Assembly (NCBI GenBank): GCA_964630785.1
Contig: CAZVZG010000001.1
Coordinates: 207,427-271,426, forward strand
Direction: 5' to 3'
Length of the DNA: 64,000 bases
From: an uncultured Phycisphaeraceae bacterium
Lineage (GTDB): Bacteria; Planctomycetota; Phycisphaerae; Phycisphaerales; UBA1924
How positions within the stretch are numbered: position 1 is the first letter of the stretch; the number at the start of each line of letters is the position of its first letter. Shown in pieces: positions 46,773 to 55,543 of the stretch. Both the position numbers and the translations under genes were made by a program. The notes under the pieces are model-generated. The model was not told the DNA's origin. It ran no database searches and was given only the letters and a program-made list of their open reading frames with translations.

Positions 46773-49217
46773 TCAGTGCCTGAGCGTCACCTTCGTGGTG
46801 TTGTTGCTCATCCACGCGTCGCTCGCGTCGGTGACGGTCAACCGGATCTTGATCTGCTGATCGATCGTCCAGTTCAGCCGACTCGACCAACCGAACTTCA
46901 GCCGATGCACCGCGGCCGTCGCCTCCGACGGCAGGCCGATGAACTGGTACCGGCCGCGACGCAGGCGCTCAAAGCCGCTGGAGTTGATCGAGCTGGTGAT
47001 GAAGTCGCCCTTCCGCGGCAGATTGATCGTCACCGTCACCGTCACGGGCTGGGCCGGGTCAACGTCCGTGATCAGCACGCGCCGGAACGGCTTGACGTTC
47101 CTGTTGAATCTCATCGTGCTGTTGGTCAGGCGCGTGAACACGGGGGCGTCGTTCACCGAGTCGATGGTGATGTCCGCGGTCTGGGCCGCGACGGCCGGGC
47201 CCAGTCCGTCGCTCACGTACACGCCAAAAGAAAGGTTCGCGGCGTTCCCGACCGGCGCGATGTTCTCGCTCGGGCGGAAGACCAGTTGGCGGATGGCGGC
47301 CGTGGCCGCGCCGGCGTTGCCGGTGAAGCGGTACGTGCCCGTTGCGCCCATGACCAGCGCAAAGCCGCTGGCCGCGAGGCTCTCGGGCGTGAGCACGCCC
47401 ACACCGGCACCGAGCACGACGTCGACCGTCAGCGTTGGCGGCCCGAAGTCGACGGTGGTGATCGTGGTCTGCGTGAAGGGGGCGAGCGTGTCTTTGTCGG
47501 AGATGTGGAACGGCCCGCCCGCGACGGCGAGCACGGGCTCGTTGCGCACGGACCGCGACGCGATGAAGGGGCTGAACGCCTGGGCGCCAACGCCCAGCCC
47601 GTCGTTTGCGGTGATCGTAAAGAGCGTAACCGAGGACTGGCCGACGGGGGCGATGTTCTCGGCGGGCTTGAACACGAGCTGGCGGATCGCGGCCGTCGCG
47701 CTCGCCGCGGCGCCCGTGAAGCGGTACGCGCCGGTCGCCGCGTTCACGGCCGTGAACCCGGCCGCGTTGAGACTGGCGCTGGTGAGCACGCCGCGGGAAG
47801 CGTCGTTGATGGTCAGGTCGATGGTCAGCGCCCGCGACGCGCTGTCGATGTAGCCGATCGTCACCGCCTGGAAGGGCGTGACGGTCTGATTGTCGTTGAG
47901 GGTGAACGAGCCGCCGGTGGGCTGGGGGCTGGAGACGGTCGGCGCATCGCGCACCGGCAGCACCGACAGCGCCGACCACACGCTCTGGTCGCTCACCGTG
48001 CCCTGCAAGAGCGGTGAGCCGATATCGGCGTGCGTGCCGGCATCGCCGGCGATCCGGTCCCAGGCGCGGAAGCGGAGCGCCTGGCCGATCGAGCCGTTGA
48101 AGTTCGCGCCGGGGACGAAGCGGACTCGGGTCGTGGCGTCGGCCGCGAGCAGCAGGGCCGACCCGTCGGAGACCGCCCCGACGGCGTTCCACGTGGAACC
48201 GTTGAGCGAGTATTGCCACACGCCGGCGGCCGCGTCCAGACCGGTGATCGCGATCCCGCTGAGGGCGCCCGGGCTGGGGTCGGTGACGAGGCCCGCGGTG
48301 AGGCTGCTCACGAGCGAGCCGGCGTTGTTCGCGTCGTCCTCGTTGATCGCGCCGAGCGCGGGCGTGGGACCGGGAGCGATTGCCGGAGCGCGCCGGGCCG
48401 GCTCCATCGCCATGCCGCGGATGGTGTACTGCGAGCCATCGCCGATCGTGCCGATCTCGACAAAGCTGTGGCCGTCTTCGCCGATCGTGCCGAACTTCTG
48501 CACGCCCGCGACCCGCAGGGAGAGGTACGGCGTGCCGTCGGCGGCGTAGTCCAGGCCGACGAAGCGGTCGGTGTCGACGCCCAGCGACCCGCCGCCGAGG
48601 ACGGTCATGCGCTCGGGGTCGAGGTCCATGAACTCGTCGGTGATGTAGTTGACCCCACTGAAGCCGAAGTTGTCCGGGTCGCCGTTGAGCGGCCGGTACG
48701 CGATCTCGGCCAACCCCTCCTGGCCGGCGTCGTTACGGAGCTGGAGGCCGGTCGCGGGGTCGAGGCGGTAGTTGCCGAAGGTCTCGTCGATGTACCGGAG
48801 ATAGCCGTGCAGCTCGTCGTACGCGAGCCCGGTCGCCTGGCTGGTGGGGAAGCCGAAGGGCACGCCGGGCCCGACGCGCGTGGCGACGCCGGTGAGCCGG
48901 TCGATGGTGTACACCGGCGTGCGCGTGCCGCTGGGGATGCCGTAGAGCCGCTCGCCGACGGTGTCGAAGTCGAGCGCGCTCATGACCTCGCCCGCACCCA
49001 GGCCCGTGATCGGCAGCGAGCGAACGATGGCCGCGGGGTTGGCCGAATCGAACTCGAGCAGCGTGTTGTTGTCGGTGACGGCGAAGACGCTGGAGAGGAA
49101 CTGGCGCGATTCGAGCGCCTCGACGGCCTCGCCCGCGCTGGCGGTCAGCGCGTGCGACAGCCCGGCCGAACCCCTCTTCCCCCTCCTGAGGGACGATTGC
49201 GAACCGTGGGAACGCAT
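46773..49217 (-). CDS. Large secreted adhesin-like protein with N-terminal DUF4394-like region and Ig-like/VCBS-type repeats
   Basis: 'SVNDAPVFT' cadherin/VCBS-type motif; repeated ~100-aa beta-sandwich-like segments; N-terminal region resembles DUF4394. Confidence 0.6.
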   Translation of the reverse strand: MRSHGSQSSLRRGKRGSAGLSHALTASAGEAVEALESRQFLSSVFAVTDNNTLLEFDSANPAAIVRSLPITGLGAGEVMSALDFDTVGERLYGIPSGTRTPVYTIDRLTGVATRVGPGVPFGFPTSQATGLAYDELHGYLRYIDETFGNYRLDPATGLQLRNDAGQEGLAEIAYRPLNGDPDNFGFSGVNYITDEFMDLDPERMTVLGGGSLGVDTDRFVGLDYAADGTPYLSLRVAGVQKFGTIGEDGHSFVEIGTIGDGSQYTIRGMAMEPARRAPAIAPGPTPALGAINEDDANNAGSLVSSLTAGLVTDPSPGALSGIAITGLDAAAGVWQYSLNGSTWNAVGAVSDGSALLLAADATTRVRFVPGANFNGSIGQALRFRAWDRIAGDAGTHADIGSPLLQGTVSDQSVWSALSVLPVRDAPTVSSPQPTGGSFTLNDNQTVTPFQAVTIGYIDSASRALTIDLTINDASRGVLTSASLNAAGFTAVNAATGAYRFTGAAASATAAIRQLVFKPAENIAPVGQSSVTLFTITANDGLGVGAQAFSPFIASRSVRNEPVLAVAGGPFHISDKDTLAPFTQTTITTVDFGPPTLTVDVVLGAGVGVLTPESLAASGFALVMGATGTYRFTGNAGAATAAIRQLVFRPSENIAPVGNAANLSFGVYVSDGLGPAVAAQTADITIDSVNDAPVFTRLTNSTMRFNRNVKPFRRVLITDVDPAQPVTVTVTINLPRKGDFITSSINSSGFERLRRGRYQFIGLPSEATAAVHRLKFGWSSRLNWTIDQQIKIRLTVTDASDAWMSNNTTKVTLRH

Positions 49218-49338
49218 GGTTGATCACCGATCTGTCAGATACCGGTCGAGAGAGCCAGACCCAACTCTAACCCACGAACCGGGGAATCCCAAGCGCGATA
49301 TTCAAAAACGGGGTGGGGGAAGGGGCGATAACTGGTGA

Positions 49339-49483
49339 GGGATCAAGGGAAGAGGGATCACGGGAACAAGGGATGGGGGGTTTGATGATGCGAACCCGGT
49401 CGCCCTCACCGAATCGCTCCACTTCGACTCGCTCGATCCCTCTTGCCTCGATCCCCAGATCCCCTGATCCCCTGATCCCTCGG
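49339..49483. repeat. Imperfect inverted repeat with GGGATC(A) x3 facing GATCCC(CT) x4 direct repeats in a divergent promoter region
   Basis: 'gggatcaagggaagagggatcacgggaacaagggatgggg' is roughly the reverse complement of 'gatccctcttgcctcgatccccagatcccctgatcccctgatccctc'. Confidence 0.55.
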
Positions 49484-49514
49484 CCCTTCCTGCCCCGAAT
49501 AATGCCCACACCCC

Positions 49515-50648
49515 ATGCCCACCGATCGCAAGCAACTCGCGGCCGAGTTGGCCGGCCCGGCCGGGCCGGACGAGAGTCCGGGTGCGCGTCGTCCGCGCCG
49601 GGGCGCGACGGGCGTACTTTCGGCGACCGGCTCGCTGGTGGTGCACGGGCTGCTGCTGATCGTGCTGGGCGCGGTGGTGTGGCGGAGCGCGTCGGGGCAC
49701 GCGTCGCGCGGGCCCGAGGTCAAGATCGCCTTCGACATGCCCGCGCTGGGCGACGCGTCGGCCCCGCTCGCGGGTTCAGCGGCACCCGACTCGCCGTCTC
49801 GCCCGCATGAGGTGGGGCTGATCGTTGAATTGGATCGCGCGGTGAACGCCGACGCGTCGTTGCCGGAAACTGTTCCGCCGATGGCGAGCATGGCGACGGC
49901 CCCGGCGCCGAGTGTGACGCCCCAAGGCGAAGGCCCGCCGGCGTTGGGCGGCATGAGCGACGCGGCCTTCGGCGCGGGCTCGACGTTCTCGGGCGCCGCC
50001 GCGGCCGACCGAGCCGCGGCCGGCGAGAGCGGCGTGAGTTTCGCCGGCCTTGGCGCGTCCAACGCGCGCTCGGTCGTGTATGTGATGGACGCCTCCGGCT
50101 CGATGGTCACCAGCCTCCCGTTCGTGATCGCGGAGGTGGAGCGTTCCGTGTCGCGCCTGGCGGCCACGCAGAAGTTCGGCGTGGTGTTGTTCCGGCGCTT
50201 GCCGGACGGGCGCAGCGGGCTGGAAGTGTTCTCGCCGGTGCTGGTGCGGGCCACGGCCAGCGCCCAGGAGCGCCTGCGCGACTGGCTCTCGTCGGTCGAG
50301 CCGATCGGCCGCTCGGTGCCGCTGAGCGGGCTGGAGCGGGCGATCGCGTACCGGCCCGACGCGGTGTTCCTGCTCTCGCGGGCGATCGAGCGCTCCGGCG
50401 GCGACGCGTGGGACACCGGCGGCGGGCGCGGCGTCGCCGGCACGCTCGCCAGGATCGACGCGCTCAACCCCGAGGTCAACGGCCGGCGCCCCGTCGTCAT
50501 CCAGACCATCCAGTTCCTCGACGACGATCCGACGGGGATCATGCAGGAGATCGGGCGCGTGCACGGCTCGCGGACCGACGCGAGCGGACACGTGATCGCC
50601 GGCTACCGCGTCATCCGGCGCGGCGAAGACTTGGGAGAGGGCCGATGA
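49515..50648 (+). CDS. von Willebrand factor type A (VWA) domain membrane protein
   Basis: N-terminal TM 'LVVHGLLLIVLGAVVW'; MIDAS 'VVYVMDASGSM'. Confidence 0.7.
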   Translation: MPTDRKQLAAELAGPAGPDESPGARRPRRGATGVLSATGSLVVHGLLLIVLGAVVWRSASGHASRGPEVKIAFDMPALGDASAPLAGSAAPDSPSRPHEVGLIVELDRAVNADASLPETVPPMASMATAPAPSVTPQGEGPPALGGMSDAAFGAGSTFSGAAAADRAAAGESGVSFAGLGASNARSVVYVMDASGSMVTSLPFVIAEVERSVSRLAATQKFGVVLFRRLPDGRSGLEVFSPVLVRATASAQERLRDWLSSVEPIGRSVPLSGLERAIAYRPDAVFLLSRAIERSGGDAWDTGGGRGVAGTLARIDALNPEVNGRRPVVIQTIQFLDDDPTGIMQEIGRVHGSRTDASGHVIAGYRVIRRGEDLGEGR

Positions 50649-52732
50649 CCGCTCGTCGCATCGTGTGGCTCGCGGGCGCGAGCGGCGCGCTGGCCTGTAC
50701 CGCTTGGACGCAGTCGGCCTCGCCGCCCGCTCACGGGTCGGATGGTCCGTCGCTCGCCGAGCTCATCAAGCAGCACCCCAATGACGACCGCGTCGCGACG
50801 TGGCAGGTCGATCAGGCCGCCGCGGCCCTCGCGTCGCTCTCGGCCGACGGCGCGGACACGTCGCTGCTCTTCGGTGTGCCGACGGCCGAGCAGCGGCAGC
50901 GCGGGGCCGAGGCCTCGCGCCGGGCCATGGCCTTGCTCGAAGCCGCCGGCGTGAGCGCGGCCGCCTCCGTGCGCCGGCTGGAGGACGGGATGATGGGCCA
51001 GGCGGGGAGCGAACCCGGCGCCGCGCAGCGGGCCGCGGCATCCGAGGCCGCGCTCGCGCGGTTGGTGGACGTGGAGCAGGCGCAGCGGGTCCCGTACTTC
51101 CGGGCGGTGGCGCAGACGCTGCTCGCGGCTTCGTCGAGCGGCGCCTCGCGGGTGCAAGCCGCAAAGAACGGCGCCGCGACACTGGCCCGTCTGCGACTGG
51201 CGACGCCGGAGGCTGAGGCGGCGCGTCGGATGATGCTCGTGGGCGCGATCGTGAACGGGACGGTCATCGGTGATGAGGCGCGACGGGCCGCACGGACCAC
51301 GCTCGACGAGATCGCCGCCGCGGGCGACGCTCTGGACGCCACGACTCGCCAGCGGCTCGCGATGGCGCGGGTGCTGTTGAGTGACGACCGGGGCGCGGGT
51401 CTGGGCGAAACCGCCACCGCGCAGGAGCGAGAGGCCGGGGCGCGCAGGCTGATGGAGCGTGCCCGTCTCGATCCCGCGTCGCGGACCTCGCTCACGGCGG
51501 AGGCCTGCCGCGTGCTGCTCGAGAGCGCCGGCCTGGGGCCGCTGCACGCGGGCGGTGCGGACGCCGATCGCTTGCGGGTGTACGCGCGCGTCTCCGAAGT
51601 GATCGGCGCGGACGCCGACACCGCGTCGCTCCCGCCGGAGGCGATCCTGGCGCGGGCGGTCACGCTGCTCCGGCACGACGGGCAATCGCAGGAGGCACGG
51701 GCCCTTCTCTCTCGCCTAGCGGCCCGATCTGACATTCCTTCCGACGTGAGGGCCGCGACGTTGTGGGAGGCCGGCGCGGCGTTCTCACGCGACCACGGGG
51801 GGAGCGCGCAAGAGCTCGCCGTCGAGTGCTTGGACCGTTTCATCAGTGAGTTCGCGACGGACGAGCGGGCGCCGGCCGCGGCCAGGACGCTCGAAGCGCT
51901 CGCGGCCCGCGCCCTGCTCGCGCCGGGCCTGAGTGATTCGAGCCGGGCCGCGCTGGAAGACACCCAACTGCGCGCCCTGGACCTGCTCATCGCACACCCC
52001 AAGGACCACCCGGACGAGATCGACGCGTGGAAAGCCGGGGCGATCACGATCCGCACAGGGCGGTTGGACCCCGCCACGGTCACCGCCGCGAAGTTGGAGC
52101 CCTTGGTGATGCAGGCGACGACGATCGGCGGCGCGGCCGCGGCAAGTGCCGCGTCGGCGATCGACGGCCTGGCCCGACGCGTGTTCGATGACTCCTCGTG
52201 GTCCGCCCGCCCGGCGAAGGAGCGCGTCGCGTTGATCCAGACCGTCCGATCGATGTCGGGCTTCGTCGGCGGCGATCGCGTGGCCCTGCTGGCTGGCGAG
52301 GCCAAGCTCGCGGCCGGACGCGACGACGCATCCGCGGAGTTGCGCCCGCTCATCGGCGGCGCGCTCGACGCGCCGGACCAGCCGACGCGGGTGCGCGTGC
52401 GACTGGCGCTGGCCGAAGCGCTCGGTGACACGCCCGCGGGCCGGGCCGAGGCGATCACGCTTCTGCGTGAACTGGTCGCGCCGCTCGACGGCGCGCCCTC
52501 GTCGGCCAAGCGACCCGCGTACTACTGGCGCGCGTGGGCCACCGTGCTTGAATATCTTCGGGCCGACGGCGCGGACGGTAAGAACGACGTAGCCGTCCGC
52601 GCCCAGGCACGCCGCCTCGAACTGCTCGACCCGGCGATGGGCGGGCCGGCAACCGCCGAGCGGATCCGGCGGGCCCGGGACGACGCCCAAAACGGTGACC
52701 GCCCGGCGAGCGGCGGTGCCGGGCCGGGGTGA
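50645..52732 (+). CDS. Hypothetical Ala-rich secreted protein (possibly TPR-like alpha-solenoid), translationally coupled to the VWA gene
   Basis: ATGA start/stop overlap with the upstream gene; signal peptide 'LAGASGALACTAWTQSAS'; highly helical Ala/Leu/Arg-rich. Confidence 0.45.
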   Translation: MTARRIVWLAGASGALACTAWTQSASPPAHGSDGPSLAELIKQHPNDDRVATWQVDQAAAALASLSADGADTSLLFGVPTAEQRQRGAEASRRAMALLEAAGVSAAASVRRLEDGMMGQAGSEPGAAQRAAASEAALARLVDVEQAQRVPYFRAVAQTLLAASSSGASRVQAAKNGAATLARLRLATPEAEAARRMMLVGAIVNGTVIGDEARRAARTTLDEIAAAGDALDATTRQRLAMARVLLSDDRGAGLGETATAQEREAGARRLMERARLDPASRTSLTAEACRVLLESAGLGPLHAGGADADRLRVYARVSEVIGADADTASLPPEAILARAVTLLRHDGQSQEARALLSRLAARSDIPSDVRAATLWEAGAAFSRDHGGSAQELAVECLDRFISEFATDERAPAAARTLEALAARALLAPGLSDSSRAALEDTQLRALDLLIAHPKDHPDEIDAWKAGAITIRTGRLDPATVTAAKLEPLVMQATTIGGAAAASAASAIDGLARRVFDDSSWSARPAKERVALIQTVRSMSGFVGGDRVALLAGEAKLAAGRDDASAELRPLIGGALDAPDQPTRVRVRLALAEALGDTPAGRAEAITLLRELVAPLDGAPSSAKRPAYYWRAWATVLEYLRADGADGKNDVAVRAQARRLELLDPAMGGPATAERIRRARDDAQNGDRPASGGAGPG

Positions 52733-52817
52733 GAACTCGTTGACTTTGCCGCGATCGATCTGGCCCCTCCGGCCCCCTCCCTCTGGGAGAGCGAGTGGCG
52801 CTCTCCTAGAATCAGAC

Positions 52818-54017
52818 ATGAAGGTGGACAAGGAATCGATCCGTGTCGCCTTGACGCGGGTGCCGCACCCGAGCGTCAAGACGGACATCGTGTCGGCGGG
52901 GGCGGTCGGGAAGATCGCCTACTGCGACGGGTATGTTTCGGTGCGTCTGGCGGGGGCCAACCTGCACGACGACCAGCGCCGCGGGCTGATGCAGCAGGCG
53001 TCGGCCGCGATCCGCCTGCACGCGCAGCAGGCCGGCGTCGAGCTCGCCGATGTTCACATCGAGGTCACCGACGAGAAACCCACAAACTCCGGTGCGCCCG
53101 TCGCCCCGGTGCAGCGGGCCGACGCCGGCGGCGGCCACCGACCCATCCCGATCAAGCCGCGGGGCGGTGGGGGTGGAGGTGGGGGGGAGGCGAGCAACCC
53201 CATCCCGGGGGTGAAGCACTGCATCGCCGTGGGCGCCGGCAAGGGCGGCGTGGGCAAGTCCACCGTGGCCGTCAACCTGGCCGTGGGATTGGCGCGACGG
53301 GGGCACAGCGTCGGGCTGATGGACGGCGACATTTACGGCCCGTCGATGCCGACGATGCTGGGGCTGGGCTCGCTCGAAGTGGTGGTGCGCGAGGAGAAGT
53401 GGATCCAGCCGTTCCTCGTACACGGCATCAAGACCATGACGATCGGCAAGCTGACCGAGCCGGAGAAGCCGCTGATCTGGCGCGGGCCCATGGCGCACGG
53501 CGCGTTCAAACAGCTCGTCGAGCAGACCGCCTGGGGGGAGCTCGACTACCTCATCATCGATCTGCCGCCGGGCACCGGCGACGTGGCGTTGACGATGGCG
53601 CAGATGCTCAAGCTCGCGGGCGCGGTCGTGGTGTGTACGCCGCAGAAGGTGGCGCAGGACGACGCCGTGCGCGCCGCCAGGATGTTCCAGCAGTTGCAGA
53701 TCGAGGTGCTGGGCGTCGTCGAGAACATGAGCTTTTTCGTGGGCGACGACGGAAAGGAGTACGACCTGTTCGGCCGCGGCGGCGCGCAGATGATGGCGCA
53801 GCGGCTGGGCGTGCCCTTCCTGGGCGCGGTGCCGATCAACACCGCCCTGCGTGAAAACAGCGACCAGGGCGACCCCGTGGCCAACTTCACCGACACCTCG
53901 CCCCGCAACCGCCCGCTGGTGCAGGCCCTGGAGCAGATGGTCACCAACGTGGAGAACCAGGTGGCGCTCGCGTCGTTCCGCACGGGGCAGAGCGCGCCCT
54001 CACTCTCGATCAGTTGA
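52818..54017 (+). CDS. apbC: Mrp/NBP35 family Fe-S cluster carrier ATPase (ApbC)
   Basis: N-terminal MIP18-like domain; deviant Walker A 'GKGGVGKST'; 'CxxC' region; poly-Gly insertion 'GGGGGGGGEAS'. Confidence 0.85.
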   Translation: MKVDKESIRVALTRVPHPSVKTDIVSAGAVGKIAYCDGYVSVRLAGANLHDDQRRGLMQQASAAIRLHAQQAGVELADVHIEVTDEKPTNSGAPVAPVQRADAGGGHRPIPIKPRGGGGGGGGEASNPIPGVKHCIAVGAGKGGVGKSTVAVNLAVGLARRGHSVGLMDGDIYGPSMPTMLGLGSLEVVVREEKWIQPFLVHGIKTMTIGKLTEPEKPLIWRGPMAHGAFKQLVEQTAWGELDYLIIDLPPGTGDVALTMAQMLKLAGAVVVCTPQKVAQDDAVRAARMFQQLQIEVLGVVENMSFFVGDDGKEYDLFGRGGAQMMAQRLGVPFLGAVPINTALRENSDQGDPVANFTDTSPRNRPLVQALEQMVTNVENQVALASFRTGQSAPSLSIS

Positions 54018-54189
54018 GCGGCGCGTGGGGACGCTTACCCCCGCCGAGTCGGATAACACGGTCGGTGGGTGTGAGGACGTTCCGAACACACCGTTCAGGG
54101 CGGATGTGACGCGCCAAGCGTCAGAAACTGCCCATCTGTGCGTCAAGTGACGTTGCCCTGCGCCGGTCTTCGGCTATACCAAGTACAGC

Positions 54190-55446
54190 ATGTCCGAACA
54201 CGACCTGATGCGAATTCAGCGACTGGGGGACCGGCTTCGGGCGGGCCTGCGCACCCTGGTGGACGGGTTCCCGCCCAACGCCCGGAACATCTCCGGCATG
54301 TCGCGTTGGCTGGGCGTGCACAAGGCGACCTGCCAGCGGATCGTCGAGGGGCTCGACCCAGGGCGTGACGGCCTGGCCGCGTTCGCCCGCCTGCCGGGCA
54401 CCGAGGGCATGCGCACGCACATCGCCGCGGCCCGCGAGAAGGGCGTTTCCGCCGACCGTGTCGAGGCCGCCAGCGCGGCCGTCGCCGAGTACGAATCGCT
54501 GCTGGGCGCTCTCGGGCACACGCAGCGCGGGCTGGTGCGGCTTATCGAGCGGCTGAGGATCGAGGCCGCGGGGCCCGGGGGCCAGCCCGACCGCGAGCTG
54601 GCCGAGGATCAGCGGAAGCACCTTTTCGACGGGGCCCGCCGCGTCACCGGCGAGGAGATGCGGGGCAAGGGCCTGGTCGCGATCATCCGCCCGCGTGCCG
54701 ACCAGCTCACGCGGCTCGACGGGACGTTCTACACGCACCTGGTCGGCGCTCGTCGTCACAGTTTCTCCCGTCCGATCGTGAGTTTCATCTACAGCGGCTA
54801 CTGGTCGCACGGCGACGAGGCACGCCCGCCGAACATCCCGGAAGAGCGGCTGCCTTGCACGCTGGTGGAGGAGTTCAGCACCGCGGGCCTCAAGACCGTC
54901 AAGATCGATGCGCGCGACGCGCGCACGCTTGCCGTTGTGGACTTTGACAGCGTGCCCGGCGACGGCGAGGGCATGGGCCCCGCCGACGCGTGCGTGAAGT
55001 TCTCGTCGGTCGCGATGCCCAACCCGCTGTGGGAGGGCGGATCGCGTCTCAACGTCGCGATGCGGATCGCCAGCCCTTCGCGGGCCATGGTGCTGGACGT
55101 GTTCCTGCACCACAGCATCGCCGCGAGCGTGGTGCCATCGGTCGCGTGCTACTCGCTCGCGGCCCCGCCGGGCGATCTGCCCGAGGGTGCGCCCGACCAG
55201 TGCTGGTACGAGCGATTCCCAGAGAGCCTGGAACTCGTGCAACTCGGGCGGGCAGCGGTGGGCGGCGGCCTGCGCCCGCGATCGCTCCTGCCGCGACAGG
55301 AAGAGCTCGTGCGTCATGCCCTGGGCGAAGCGGCGATCGATCCCGCCGAGTACGTCGGGTATCGGTGCGAAACCACCTACCCGATCTGGCAGAGCGAGTA
55401 CCGGATGTACTTCGAGCTGCCTCACCCGACCGACGCGAACGATTGA
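54190..55446 (+). CDS. Hypothetical protein
   Basis: Balanced amino-acid composition, unlike the Arg-rich antisense ORF 54121..55665; no recognised domain. Confidence 0.4.
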   Translation: MSEHDLMRIQRLGDRLRAGLRTLVDGFPPNARNISGMSRWLGVHKATCQRIVEGLDPGRDGLAAFARLPGTEGMRTHIAAAREKGVSADRVEAASAAVAEYESLLGALGHTQRGLVRLIERLRIEAAGPGGQPDRELAEDQRKHLFDGARRVTGEEMRGKGLVAIIRPRADQLTRLDGTFYTHLVGARRHSFSRPIVSFIYSGYWSHGDEARPPNIPEERLPCTLVEEFSTAGLKTVKIDARDARTLAVVDFDSVPGDGEGMGPADACVKFSSVAMPNPLWEGGSRLNVAMRIASPSRAMVLDVFLHHSIAASVVPSVACYSLAAPPGDLPEGAPDQCWYERFPESLELVQLGRAAVGGGLRPRSLLPRQEELVRHALGEAAIDPAEYVGYRCETTYPIWQSEYRMYFELPHPTDAND

Positions 55447-55543
55447 ACCGAGCGGCCGAGCGGCGTGCCCACAATCCGTGAAAGAGAAACGGGGCGGCCC
55501 GCATGAGCCGCCCCGTGTCGTTGCGCGTGATGCCGGAATCGGA

